Below, piece after piece: positions 27,976 through 41,687 of a stretch of DNA of 64,000 nucleotides. The DNA lies in NCBI RefSeq assembly GCF_006345805.1, contig NC_042998.1:77438001-77502000 (forward strand). Reading direction: 5' to 3'. Each line of letters begins with the position of its first letter. Positions within the stretch are counted from its first letter, which is position 1. This stretch comes from Octopus sinensis. Its lineage: Eukaryota. A program made the translations under genes and the position numbers. The notes under the pieces were generated by a model that saw nothing but the letters and a program-made list of their open reading frames with translations, did not search any database and was not told the DNA's origin.

Positions 27976-28589
27976 AATCTTTCAATAAAACATTAAGCCT
28001 TATTTGTCTTTAGATTCTCATCTGGCATTCTGATCTTTACAGTATTTCACTAGGGAATATTAGTATGGTGCGTGGTAAAACACCAGATCTTTGGAAGAAA
28101 ACTACAGTTTAACGCATGGTTACATTGTTATTTACTAAATCCAGTTGGTTGACAGAGCTAAGAAAGACCGGCATATAAATGTAAGATAAAAGCCTACGTA
28201 TAGCAGTTAAGAAAAAGAAAGTAATTTTTACATTATCAGTGAGATAAAGATAGAAAGACATAGGGGAAAAAATATAGCCTAAGAGATTTAGGTAAAAATG
28301 ACATTCAATATAGGCCATAGAAAATTCTAAGTGAAGGTTAAGATAAGGTTAAGAATTTTGTTAGCGAGAAATTGTACTCACAGCTACACAAGGGCGCACG
28401 GTCGTGCACAGCCATATATGAATATAACATATTACTTTGTTACACCTACCGATATATCTTTTATCTTTATCGGTTAGTGGACTGTGGCCATCCTGGGGAA
28501 CCGCCTCGAAGAAATTTTCAACACACAACTTCTCTCCCCCACACACACACTTTCGCTTGGCTATGGCTAGAGGGGACTTAACTCATGTT

Positions 28590-28739
28590 AATAACCTTCA
28601 AAATTGGTAAAATCTATGGCTGAAAATAGATTCTTACCACTATCCGCGAGTGCCTCGGGAAAAAATAAGTTGACAAAACCCAGGTAGGGTGTTGGAGCGA
28701 CATGCGTGCTAATTTGTGGACGGGCATAAATTACAATCA

Positions 28740-28740
<1 letters not shown>
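28590..28740 (-). repeat. Dispersed repeat shared with 45045-45200 (+), probably non-autonomous Helitron-like
   Basis: The motifs acaaattagcacgcatgtcgc and gtcaa.ttatt...cccgaggcac occur in both copies. Confidence 0.65.
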
Positions 28741-28783
<43 letters not shown>

Positions 28784-28804
28784 CACATCATGCCTTTTAC
28801 ATAT

Positions 28805-28835
<31 letters not shown>

Positions 28836-28844
28836 CCACAAGGC

Positions 28845-28973
28845 TCCGGGTTCAGTCCCACTGCGTGACACCTTGGTGAGTGCCTCCTGCTGTAGCCTCA
28901 GGCCGACCAAAGCCTTGGTTGAATTGGTAGATGGAATAAAAAAAAACCGTCGTGTGTGTATATACATATAGAC

Positions 28974-29023
<50 letters not shown>

Positions 29024-29240
29024 ATATGTTTATGCGTCTTTGTTTCGCCCTTCATAATCGCTTGACAACCGATGTTGGTGTCTTTACGTTCCCATAAATT
29101 AGCGGTTCTTCAAAAGAGACCGATAGAATAAGTACCAGGCTTACAAAGAATAAGTTCTAGGGTCGATTCGTTCGACTAAAGGTGGTACTCCAGCATGGCA
29201 GCTGTCAAATGACAGAAACCAGTAAAAGAATAAACGGATA
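28845..29240 (+). mobile_element. SINE family A copy, 5'-clipped, with internal (TG)n
   Basis: ccgggttcagtcccactgcgtg...ggccgaccaaagcc...gcttgacaaccgatg...gtaaaagaa. Confidence 0.9.
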
Positions 29241-29241
29241 A

Positions 29242-29302
<61 letters not shown>

Positions 29303-29389
29303 TTATTTTACAATCCCTCTAGTAGTAATATGTAAAATAAATATAGACCTAGAAGAATATTTTGCACATATCCCATTATTTTCTGTAAA

Positions 29390-30230
29390 TGCTAAAACAA
29401 GCATGGGTAAAATACGTCTGTCTCTCTTAGGTAAACATTTCCTTTAAATAACAAGTACCTAAACATATTTAACAACGACCTCAATTAAACTATCATATAA
29501 CAGCTGCCCAACATGAAGAGTATCAATACACGCAAGCACCACCAAGAGACTACTCCCAGTTTCAACTGTCGAGATCGAGGGACTTGTTGGGTAGTGGGGC
29601 ACTCAACTGAGAGTGCATGATTAAATCCATCATATATGAGACGGAAGTTCGAGTAACGCCATATGATAGTATAATCGAAACGAAGAGTCATATGGGATTA
29701 TGTGAGAGCGACTTCAAAATTCACTATACAAACAACACATCTTCTTTCCGGCACGGTGACAAAAGCAAAGTCACTAATATGGCTAGTCACGTATGGGGTT
29801 TGAAGTCTAACGCCACACCACATACAATGAAGTGGAAACTACTTTAAAAATCCATGCCATATGTTAATGGGTAAAAAAAATTGCCAGTTATGCGTAGTTG
29901 AAATATCGTAGATCGTTTTCAGATCTGAGAATATCATACTTCTGAATTCCAGATCTGAAATTTTCAGGACTTGTAAACACAGATAGGGTCCTGTTGGGGA
30001 ATTGGAAAATACTCTAATTCTTTCTTTTTACAATTTGGTTTTTCTTTTATTCCTTTTCTTTTCGTCAATCTTCTCGCATTATCTCGTGTTTCCTGTTATT
30101 CTGTTGTCTTATTTTAACTTGTACATGCCATATGTGAACAATCTGAAGAGTGCCTGTAGGATTCAGACTTATTATAAAAAGTTGTGTCGTTTTTATTGCA
30201 GACATTATTAGTAGCTCATAAAGATATATA
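29390..30230 (+). mobile_element. Penelope-like element 3' fragment (RT C-terminus, GIY-YIG endonuclease, 3' LTR-like tail)
   Basis: LGKHF, KLSY..CPNMKS, NCRDRGTC, SIIYETEV..HMGLCESDFKIHYTNNTSSF..HVWGLK..KWKLL, CQLCVVE and LNSRSEIFRTCKHR* follow the PLE GIY-YIG layout. Confidence 0.85.
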
Positions 30231-30246
30231 CTGTATTCATTGAACT

Positions 30247-30312
<66 letters not shown>

Positions 30313-30320
30313 TATATATT

Positions 30321-30354
<34 letters not shown>

Positions 30355-30431
30355 ACATATATATATATCCATATATATACATATATATATATGTATATAT
30401 ATATATGTATATATATGTATATATATATATG

Positions 30432-30485
<54 letters not shown>

Positions 30486-30502
30486 TATGTATATGTATAT
30501 AT

Positions 30503-30568
<66 letters not shown>

Positions 30569-31049
30569 ATATATATGTATGTATATGTATGTATGTATTG
30601 CTTTTCATTTAGTAAGAATACATTTTATACTGCCGTTATTGAAATAGTTTCTGTTCATGAAATATTTTTTTTCAGTCAAGAGAAGGAATGCTCTCCACTA
30701 TTAAACTATTTTACCTCTGTAGATTTATAGAGTTTAAATGAATTTAAAACCTTGCGCTTGAAATAGAATAATCCTTAAGTAAGTAATTTTTTATTACTTA
30801 ATACAATATGCAGAGTGTCCTGGAGTATCTAAGTTTCGGTGTAGCTTGTTTTCTGTATTAGAAGTGGCTGTTGCTATGATTTTTCAGTGTAGATCTCATT
30901 TTGTAGTCATAGAGTTAAAAACTCCGATAGTCAAACTATCTTTTATCTTTTATTTGCTTCCGTCATAGACTCCGAATGAATCGAACTTAATTTTTTTTCT
31001 TTTTACTAAGCCTGGTAATTATTCTGTCAGGCTTTTTCGCCGAATCGCT

Positions 31050-31225
31050 AAGTTACAGGGACATAAACACACCAACACCGCTTGTCAAGAGGTGTTGGGA
31101 GACAAACACATACGCATACACGCGCGCATAAGATATATGCGATGAACTTCTTCCAGCCTCCGTCTACTAGGCCCACTCTCAAGACTTTGGTCGGCCCGAG
31201 GCTATAGTAGAAAACACTGAACACT
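31050..31225 (-). mobile_element. SINE family A fragment
   Basis: gctaagttacagggacataaacacacc...ttggtcggcccgaggctatagtagaaaacac. Confidence 0.8.
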
Positions 31226-31454
31226 GAGCCGATGTAATCGGCTTAACCCCTGACCTGAAATTCCTGACCTTGTGCCAAAATTTGAAGTAAATATTAGGAT
31301 CATGGGTTTTTTTCAGTTTTGTATTGTTGTCTACATATCGATTTTCGTCCATTTTAGAGATACAAAGATTACTAGGATAAGTTCGAGAGTCTAACTTATT
31401 TTTTATTTGTGTATTATTTATACTATATATATTAATTGTTCTCGCGTTAGACAA

Positions 31455-31680
31455 TCATCACCATCGTCATCCTCCTCTTCCTCCTCCTCCTCCTCCTCAT
31501 CATCATCATCATCATCACCACCATCATCATCACCATTTAACGCCCGCTTCCATGCTGGCATAGGTGGGACGGTTTGACAGGAGCCAGTCAAGCAGAAGCC
31601 TGCACCAGACTTCTGTGACTGCTTTTCCAAGATTTTTACAGCTGATGTTCTTCCTAACACCAACCACTCAGCAGAATGGG
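31455..31680 (-). mobile_element. Probable LINE/SINE 3' end with (ATG)n/(GAG)n tail (RTE-like)
   Basis: A catcatcat run abuts tttaacgcccgcttccatgctggcatagg, a layout recalled as typical of RTE-type 3' ends. Confidence 0.55.
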
Positions 31681-33059
31681 CTTAATGCTTGTTAAGTGGC
31701 AAAAGTATATAGAGTGTTTTCCAACATTTTTCGTAAACAATAACAACAAAAAAAAAGCAACACGACAACTTTTTTATCTAAGAATAAAGCAATTTTTGAA
31801 CACACACAAGGCAATATGTATTTATAAAAACATTTTAAGACAAAATCCTTAGAGAATAAATAACACTCGTAATGGGCTACGTTCTTACTATAATATATGT
31901 TGATCATTCAGTGAGGGCTGGTGGTGGAGAGATTGACTGGGAATACGAAAGTTATTCTCTATCTGATAGCTAATTATCATCAATATCTACTTTAATATTG
32001 AAGAACCAATTCAATATGCTTAAGGTTTATGGTACATAATTTTTTTGCAAAGCACAGTTGCAGATACAAAGGTTATCGTAAATTCGTCGTCTATTTTTGT
32101 TACGTTCCCTGTTATAATAGTTATCAGCAAAATATTTCAGACCTGTCTCTTCAACCTGTTATCAATATTACTTACAGTCAATTTAAGTGGAGTTGGTGGA
32201 ATTGCCAAAGTCTTATCTGTCTTCTCAGCTTGCTCCTGTTGTAAAAGCATCAACCCCTCGTTAGATAAACATTGTCTCTAGGAAAATATCCACTGAACTA
32301 CATTATCTTTGTTGACATCTTAAAATCTACATCATTTTCAAGTCTCATAATATCTTTCCGAATTTTATTCAGATTTTCTACTTGTGGGAACGTTGTAAAA
32401 TCAATGGTAGTGTGTGGTCATATAATTTAAAAGTGCCATTGAAATTTGAGTATTTCCCTTCATTTCCTGATTTAGTTATGCTCTTCACATCGGTCATTAA
32501 GATGAAATTCCTCCGGAAGTCTCTAACTATAAGTTTAACCTCTGTCAATTGGGTTTTCGAATTAACTATCATACACTGATCCATTGACTGGGGGTAAAAT
32601 TGTATTCTTAGGAATATATTCTACTCCCAGTTTATCAGAAAGTTCATTGAAGTTCACTTAAAGTTTATCAGAAAGTTTAAATAAGGTGATTAAAATCAAA
32701 ATAAGCAACAAGGATATCCGGAGGTATTGCAGTACGAGTGTTTCCTCCGACTCCATTTAACTGAGTAATTCAATAATTTCATTACATCAATTTAAAATGT
32801 AGGTTGGTCTACATCTTTAGTAGATTTTAGTCCCTGTTGTGTATGGGAATTTGTGTACGTAATCTGATTAATAAATATCTGGACTCTTGACACAGTAACG
32901 AAGCTAAAACACACACAGTCAAGTCACTTGGCACAGATTGACTTTAAACTCTGCTGTCTATGCGCACTAATCTTTTGCGCTCTAGCTCAATTCAGCTGTT
33001 TACAGCCATGCTTGGAAGAACGTGTTTAGCGTGTGATCATATTGACCATGAATCTGTAT

Positions 33060-33350
33060 CAAAATTTGCCAAAAGCTTAGCGATACCTGCTCAGAGGACC
33101 ATGCAAAGATGCAGACAGTGTATGAAGAGGAGTATATGAGAAGAAAAAATGTCGATAGTGTCGAACGTTTTGGGAGACACGCACCAAGTGAGAAAAACGG
33201 CGCAGATATACGCGTCTACCAGTGAGGGAAATCATCGAATCACCATCCGTGAGTTGTGACAGGATGTGCAGATTAGATACTGTGCAGTTCAGTCCATTGT
33301 CACTGAAGATTTGGGTATGAGACGCGTGTCTGCCAATTTGTGTGAAAACT
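33060..33350 (+). mobile_element. mariner transposase remnant, homologous to 27120-27620
   Basis: gtgcagattagatactgtgcagttcagtccattgtcactgaagatttgggtatgagacgcgtg aligns with the reverse complement of 27280-27360. Confidence 0.8.
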
Positions 33351-33492
33351 GCTTTCATGTTGTAGTTTTATTTCTATAGCACCAGTCCGGATCCTTATTG
33401 ATCAGACGTAGTATATATGTGTGCGTGTGTATATATGTATCTATATATCTATATATCTATATATCTATCTATCTATCTATCTATCTATCTAC

Positions 33493-33564
<72 letters not shown>

Positions 33565-33584
33565 ATATATATATATGTATGTGT

Positions 33585-33790
33585 GTGTCTGTGTTTGTCC
33601 CCCTAGCATTGCTTGACAACCGATGCTGGTGTGTTTACGTTCCCGTCACTTAGCGGTTCGGAAAAAAGGGACCGATAGAATAAGTACTGGGCTTACAAAG
33701 AATAAGTCCCGGGGTCGATTTGCTCGAGTAAAGGCGGTGCTCCAGCATGGCCACAGTCAAATGACTGAAACAAGTAAAAGAGTAAAAGAG
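33585..33790 (+). mobile_element. SINE family A 3' half
   Basis: Near-identical to 52335-52540. Confidence 0.9.
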
Positions 33791-33844
<54 letters not shown>

Positions 33845-33886
33845 GAAAGAAAGGAGTTGAACGACGATTTAACAAAATTCCTTTAT

Positions 33887-33967
33887 TCTCGACATATGTT
33901 TCGAAGACTGCATATTCCTAATTCCGAAGGAATAAGGTGTGCACTATGCCGCCTTCTCATCAGGAAA
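33887..33967 (-). ncRNA. Type I hammerhead ribozyme motif
   Basis: tttc CTGATGA GAAGgc...gtCTTC GAAA CATATG TC gaga: canonical core, paired stem II, palindromic stem III, GUC site. Confidence 0.8.
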
Positions 33968-34540
33968 GACAAGAAACTTATGTCAGCATCATGACTAACA
34001 AACATTTTTAGATGACTGCCCACACGGGGTCCATAGTGGTAATGAGTGTTTCTTTAAAATATTCTGTTATAAGCAGTGACGTCAAAATTGGTTGAATGGA
34101 GAAGATTCTAGAAAGTTCAAGAGTTCAAGAAAGGTTGGAAGAGGAGAGTTCTAAGAATAGGAAGGTGACAGGGTCCAAGTCGTATGTATGGTGATGTGTT
34201 GTTGTTTGCTTATGCTAATGAGATTGAGTGCCTATGTGTGTGTATGTATATAACTGCATTCGTGTCTATGTGTGTGTATGCGTGTGCGTAATTGTGTGTG
34301 TGGGGGGATAGATGCCAAATACAACTAGTGGTGAAGTGACAGGTTTGTGTCTGTGTGTTTGATTGTGCTTACGATAGAGAGAGGGAGAGAGAGAGAGGGG
34401 AGAGAGATAGAGAGACAAAGGTAAAACATACCCCAACGAATTTGGTAGTAGTCCTTCATGAAACGGAGTATAAAAATTTGTCTATGGTGGTGTTGTAGAA
34501 GTGGAACCAAATTATTAAATCAAGGAGGTTATCTATATTA

Positions 34541-34985
34541 ATCATCATTCATATGAGTTGAAGGTGTGTTTCTGCCAGTGCATGCACCAAAGGATTTTTC
34601 TACCATCGTGTTTACCAAAGGGAATTTGGCGAAAAGTATATGGAAAATTTCGGAATTACAGACGCCACAAAATTTTCTGCCCTTATCAAACGGAAAGGAT
34701 ACAGACAATATGGACCATTCCAGCTTGAAAGTTATATTGCTGTCTTTAAGGCGCCAAACTAATTTACTTAGTCCTGTGCTTTGTTGTTTTCTCTTATCTC
34801 GGAAAGTTGAATAATGATTGGAAATCCTCTGGGATAATTTAGAAGTAGTCGCCTCAATGTAGAAGAAGACACCGGTACCGGAAGAAATTTTACACTGGTA
34901 AATGGAATTTCTAATTTTGGAATTGCTGGATAAGAACTTTAATCTGTTAGGGTTTACCTCCGAGACTAAGACGGAGTTTTTATTA
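34541..34985 (-). mobile_element. Penelope-like GIY-YIG endonuclease fragment (5'-truncated at a microsatellite)
   Basis: [54 protein letters not shown]; the rest of ORF 34538-35428 is (TA)/(TATC) read-through. Confidence 0.85.
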
Positions 34986-35013
34986 TTATGATTGCTGTTA
35001 ATATTATTGCTAG

Positions 35014-35058
<45 letters not shown>

Positions 35059-35082
35059 CATATACATACATGCATGCATACA

Positions 35083-35132
<50 letters not shown>

Positions 35133-35287
35133 ATGTATATATATATATGTATGTGTGTATATATATATATGTATGTGTGTATATATGTATATATATATAT
35201 ATGTGTGCGTATATATATATATATATATACATATATATAAATAGATATAAATATAGACAGACAGATATATTGATAGATAGATAGATG

Positions 35288-35348
<61 letters not shown>

Positions 35349-35901
35349 ATAGATGGGTAGATAGATTCATACATATATACATAGGTACATACATGTATGC
35401 ACACGTACCTACATAGATATATATGCACACAGAATGAGTATAACAGATCCCAAGTTCTATTTTTTCTCTAATAGAAGATTTGAAAGCTGCCATACTATCG
35501 AATACTAAAAAACTATCTAATCTGAAATCAGGCTGATGTCTGTCTCGTCTTAAATGATATGCCTATTGCCATGTCCTTTCAGAAATCTAAATTACGGAGT
35601 TTTCTACTTTTCATTTATGGATATATGTGTATGATGGAGTGATGGAGCGTAGAGAATTTTATTTTTCCTCTCTTTATTGATAATTGATAAGTGTATATAG
35701 TTGAATGGATATTGTTTAAGTCGTTAAATGCTTATCGAGAACGTTCTTTAGAAGTTTGGTCTCTATGACAGCACTTTTTAAATGTTTTCATCTGATAATA
35801 TTTTGTGATAGAAAATAGATTTAGTTCATACATACATACATATATACACACATAAAAACATGCCTGCATACATACATGCGTACATAATTAAACACATATG
35901 A

Positions 35902-35932
<31 letters not shown>

Positions 35933-36351
35933 GTGTGTGTGTGTGTGTGTGTGTGTGTGCATGTGTATCTGCTTGGGTTTGTATATTGTGTGAGTGAGCG
36001 TTGTGAATGTAATTTCTCACACTCATATATTTATATTCATTGATGCAAACTGATAGATATTATTAAATATGTTTGTGATAAATGCTCATAGCTAACTATC
36101 TCTTTGTTTCGAAATCTGTCAATATTTTTATATTATACAGTTCACGAAACTGATGGAATAAATACGATTATGCGAGAGAAAAATATCATACCTCTTTAGC
36201 AGAATACTTTTCATGGTTATAATCTTGTTTTTCATTTATCTTTCTTGTTTACTTTTTATGCTGCGTCACTGCCTTGAACTAAATTAATCGAACAAAACGA
36301 GCCCAAAACCTAGTTTTAAGTTCAGTGTATTGGTTCTTTTGCACAACCATC

Positions 36352-36660
36352 AAGTTATGGGAACGTAAACACACCAGCATGAGTTTTGAATCAGTGGTGT
36401 GGGACTAACACAGGCATAAACACACACACACATGCATACATACACACACACATTCACACACACACACACGCACACACACCACATATGCAGAGAGGGAGAG
36501 AAAGAAAGAGAGAGAGGTGGACGGGCTTTTAATTTCTGAATACACTCACACAGGTTTGGTCGGCCCGGGGCTATGGTAAAACACACTTGACCATGGTGCC
36601 ACTCAATGGAACTTAATCCAGGGCCATGTAGTTGGGAAAAAAAACTTCTTAAGACACCGC
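36352..36660 (-). mobile_element. SINE family A, diverged, with internal microsatellite
   Basis: gggaacgtaaacacaccagcat...tttggtcggcccggggctat...aagacaccgccac. Confidence 0.8.
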
Positions 36661-37736
36661 CACCCCTGTGCCTACAGTATATTATAGCGTATAATATTTT
36701 TCCTTTAGATTTCTTTAGCTGCAGGCACTTAGTACAAAGGTAAAAATCATCAAAGCGTTCTGATATAAGGTTTCACGCCGCCATATTTAAATAATCTATC
36801 TCACGGTTCAGTGTTTTCTAGCTCAGTGGATTCAGCTTCTCGGAGCTACGTCGTACTTCGATAATTCTGCTCTGGCAATCCCGAATACAAAGATAAGGAG
36901 GAAATGAGCTAAAAGGAAAAAAAAAATTAATTTATCTCTTTTTGCTTCTCACATTCCCATAATCGCTTCTCTCCCTCTCCCTTTCCTTCTCTCTGTCTGT
37001 CTGTCAGTCTGTCTCTCTCTCTTTGTTTACGTACACATATACACGCATACAGACAGACACATATACACGTGCACACGTGCATATACAGACAAACACATTA
37101 CTAATATATAATTTTATTTACTGCATTTAATCGCTGGAACGTGGCAATTCTGAGGCACTGCTTGGAAAATTTTAGCTGAACATTTTCGATCTACTGCAGT
37201 ACATATTCTATTCTGTCTATATCTGTAATTGAAGTAAGTTTATTACGGGAATGTAAAGTAAGCTAGCATAAGCACAAATTTGTATCTATAAATAAGAGAA
37301 GTGACATATCTATCGATCTGTCTATCTACATACACACATATCTAGCCACACACACACACACATACACACGAATATATTATGAGATGACAAAAGAATAAAG
37401 CATTTTGTTATGAACTTCATTAGCTTACAGCTATTTCTTCTATAAGATGTCCCGAACTCATGGTCGAGAGCTTGAGTAACACCTTATAGATTTATGGGAG
37501 TCTCTCGATGCGGCTAATGAAGCTATAAGGTGTTAGATACTAAACTATGTAAGTTAATGAAGTTCATAAGATACTCATTTATTCCTTTGTCATCTCATTC
37601 TCATTTACTAATTTACATACATAAATACATACACACACATCCACACATACATGTTCCCCCACATATAAGTTTATGAATTTATTTTGCAAGACTCCTGATG
37701 TAAAACTGTGTGTTGAAACAGATATTGCTGTATGCC

Positions 37737-37921
37737 GGGATGGTTATTTTTTGTCAAATAAACACGCACTATATATTTGTTCTTCACTCGTTTATTACTG
37801 CTCGTATTCTGTTATGTCCATTGTACGGACAATTGACATCAATTAGAATAAGATCCCTAATAAACGAGTGAAGAACAAATATATAGTGCGTGTGTTGTTT
37901 GGTAAGAAAAATGACCATCCC
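37737..37921. repeat. Head-to-head inverted repeat of an LTR-like family (again at 50074-50354)
   Basis: Arms 37737-37797 and 37859-37921 share gcactatatatttgttcttcactcgtttat and its reverse complement. Confidence 0.85.
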
Positions 37922-37928
37922 GACACAC

Positions 37929-38021
<93 letters not shown>

Positions 38022-38054
38022 AGTATATATAAAGATATTTTATTCCACACGAGT

Positions 38055-39000
38055 AGAAGTATAGGAAGAATAGAAGTTGAAAATACACTGAGAATAGTTA
38101 AAATATTTGTAATTACTATATTTTGTAAAGATATTTACATTTTTAACCGTTTCACAGTTTACACTGATTTTCAAAAGGTTCGAATAGAAAGCATGCGATA
38201 ATTTTATAAGGAGTTGATGGCTCAAATTACCTTCTACATAGACATATATGCAAAAAATATGTACCCCAAATTCCAGGTCTTCCCACTGCACCTATGTTTA
38301 GTGAATACCACAGATGAAGCACGGATAAACAAAGAAAATACTTTCATACAAAAGTGTAAGCCAAGACTTAAAAATCTTTAACAGAGGACATACACAAATA
38401 ACTCTTCACACACAAAACTCATTCTGCCACTTAACAAGAGGAACCTACACAGCTAACAACCCAAACATTGGCCACTGGACTACATACAAACGACTCCTGT
38501 ACCATGATGAATTGATTAAATTTGGAGTGCATTGATTATAGGTAAATATATTTACTCAACCGTGTCGGCCTTCGTTTTAGCCCCAAAATATACTGTCACG
38601 TGACACTAACGCACGGACGTAGCGGGAAACGTACAAAAGAATATGTTCAATCGGCTGTGTTAGCCTTAAATTACGACGCCAAACTACGTCACTTGATACA
38701 GACATACGGACGTAGCGGGGAACCTACAAAAATTTCTAAAACCGGTCATGTGACTATCTTCTACTAATCAATTCTATTCAAAACGTATACTAAGTTGACC
38801 CATGAACTTCCTATAAAATTTGGGCAAGCTTCAGACACTAGTCAGAAAGAGGACAGCTGCAACGTAAGCCACGTCTTCCTATTTGAACCTTTTGAAAATC
38901 TGTGTGAAGTGTGAAACCATCTAAAGCTTTAAATATATTAACAAAAAACATCTTAACTTTCCTCTGTGCAGTTTCAACTTCCATTTTTTTCTGCTCACAC
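38055..39000. repeat. Two diverged inverted copies of one repeat (38055-38215 and 38860-39000)
   Basis: Shared gaagttgaaa and gattttcaaaaggttc.aatag motifs in opposite orientation. Confidence 0.7.
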
Positions 39001-39018
39001 CACACACACACACACACA

Positions 39019-39049
<31 letters not shown>

Positions 39050-40137
39050 TACACACACACACACACAAAATACATTTCGCCAAAAATGTACCGGTCAATC
39101 CTGAACCGCTTTTGAAGATGCAGAAAGTACGCCTAAACACATCATGATGGAATGTTTTATTTCTATGCTCTTTAGAACGCAGCTTCTGTCAACTCAACAG
39201 CTATTCAGAAAAGATATCAACATTATTTCAAACAATCTAACCGCAGCGCACTTCATACTACTCTAGAAGCAACTCTGATTCGATGATAATGCTGAAATCT
39301 CTATTAAGGTTTCCTTCTATTAAGATTTGAGTATCATCATTGGGCAAATGAGAAGGCATGGGGTGAACAAGAAAGTAATAGCTAGTGAATAAATTTGTTT
39401 TCACCGCTGGCAGACTATATACAAATGATAAACTGGAAACATTGTATAGTCATAATCCAGAAATAAATGTAGATTGAGAACAAATTTGAAGTCATTTTTG
39501 AGAAAATTTGTCACATTACCGAAAAACATTTTTTATAGTTTACTTTCTCAGATACAACGATTCTTTCAGCTACATTCCCCTGCACTACATTGCCCTAAAA
39601 CTATTTTTAGGAAAATAGTTATGAACATAATTTTATAACGACGGCTAACGAAAAAATTTCAACTTTTTAATGACTCATACTAATATAGTGTCAAGTGCAA
39701 TGTCAAGTGTATATATGATATAAGTAAAATAATGGAATTTGGTATAATATACAATGCACCTTGTCAGTAGCATCTACAGAATCTATTTTTATTTCTGAAA
39801 ATCCACTTGCTCACATTTAGCAAAGCCAACAGCTATTAAAATCGGTTCATCACGTTTGGACTTTGCTATTTTCACAATATCGAAGCAAACATGATACCAT
39901 GGCTTAAAAGAACATTATAGTCGTCCCAGCATGAACTGTTCTCCATGGAGTCACAGTACTTATTTAAAGACATCGCATACCAATATATCATGTGGAGAGA
40001 CTACTCGTCAAAAGCCTAAAATGAGGTGAGATCGAACACATCAAACGTTTTCTAAAGTATCATATCTACATCTTCAGAAATTCAATTGACTAACTAATAC
40101 TGCATTAAGCGTGTGTATGTTTCAACTACAAAATAAT

Positions 40138-40914
40138 TTGGATCTTTACCTTTTGACCGGCAGATTTAGAAAATATTTTTTGTAACTAAACACTTTCAAA
40201 CTTCGTATGTGTCATATAAAATATATTTTACTCTTAGCGTTTTAAAGAAAAGTTTATATTTACGAAGTTATTTCGTTTTAAAGTTGTTGTATTTCTGTAA
40301 TTTCAACCAATCAATGGCGTGTGTTCAGTTGAATAACATTACTGCCGTTGTTTGTCAACAACTGTCGACGGTGTATATTTCGTTTGTCACTGTTATTTAT
40401 GACATCGTTCGTGCGTTTGTACTGGTTTTAGCTTTAAGGTTTTAGGGTTATGGTTTTAGGATTAGGGCTAGGGTTTTAGAGTTAGGGTTAGGGTTTTAGG
40501 GTTAAGGTTGGGGTTTTAGGGTTAGAGTCACGGAAAAAAAGGAAAAATGAAGCAGGGACAATTATGGAGGTGCCATGAAATAAACATGCTTCAGACACAC
40601 TCGTTTATTCATACGAACGTAACTGAGATTAAATATGTCATAAATAACATTGACAAACGAAATATACACCGCCGACAGTTGTTGACAAACAACAGCAGCA
40701 ATTTTATTCAGCTGAATACACGTCATTGATTGGTTGAAATTACCGAAATACGATAGCTTTAAAACGAAATAACTTTGTAAATATAAACTTTTCTTAAAAT
40801 CGCTAAGAGTAAAATATATTTAATATGACACATTCTACCAGTATATGAAGTTTGAAAGTGTTTAGTTGCAAAAATTCATTTTCTAAATCTGCCGGTCAAA
40901 AGGTAAATATCCAA
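40138..40914. mobile_element. Fold-back/MITE-like element with ~270-bp TIRs and an internal TTAGGG-like array
   Basis: 40138-40405 is the reverse complement of ~40636-40914 with scattered mismatches; there is no internal ORF. Confidence 0.85.
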
Positions 40915-41687
40915 TAATTTTATATAATTGCATCCAAAATGAGAAACCCGAAAGAAATGGAATAGCAGATTGTGAACAAAATATCATACAACCTCAGCAC
41001 GACAGAAAGTCAGAAAATCTTCGATACGATTCCTATTTTGGACAAAATGTTTTGTACCTCTACCTCCACTAGATTGTTAGGACCTAAAAATCATGCAGAC
41101 GTATAAAATACTTAGGCCGGTAATAAATACGCAATTCCACCATTATGTACAACCCTTGCCTTCCTACATATTATGCATAAGCTGCTACATATATACGGCT
41201 CTGATATTTTAGCCTATCTGCTAATCCTTGCTTGTCATATAGTATTTCAGTATGCTCTTATTTGAACGCTTATCTAAATCTATATCAATCTTTATTTTCC
41301 ATATTTCGTTATCTCTCTTAAATTTTAGGAGATTAGAAATCGTTATTCATGATTTATGTGTTAAATGTTTTCCCTCATTCAGTTGTACAGAAAGCAAGTA
41401 TTGTAGAATGTTTTTCGTTTTCTTGTTTTTCGTTTCTTGTCAGTTCATTTTATTCATCAAATTAGCGAGCGTAATTCCTGCATTATTTCTTTCTTTGCTC
41501 GATTTTCTGCAGAATAATGAAATTCTTATTCATTAACTTAACATTCTTTGGAAGTATCCCTGATTTAAAGGTTCAATAATCCTCATTAAATAATAATACA
41601 GCTACCGTATATTTATATATTTATTGCATTTGTATTCTTTAAAAACTGCTGAAATCATTTTAACAGTTTGTATATTTAATCATTAAC

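Noticed and set aside
30143-30190. CTGAAGA downstream of the Penelope GIY-YIG fragment
   Set aside because: The position fits an LTR hammerhead, but the GAAA and stem III half is not recognisable.
34538-35428. 296-aa ORF as an intact gene
   Set aside because: The N-terminal half is microsatellite read-through fused to a truncated Penelope GIY-YIG fragment.
40430-40525. True telomere or chromosome fusion site
   Set aside because: The array is short, degenerate, single-orientation and enclosed by element TIRs.
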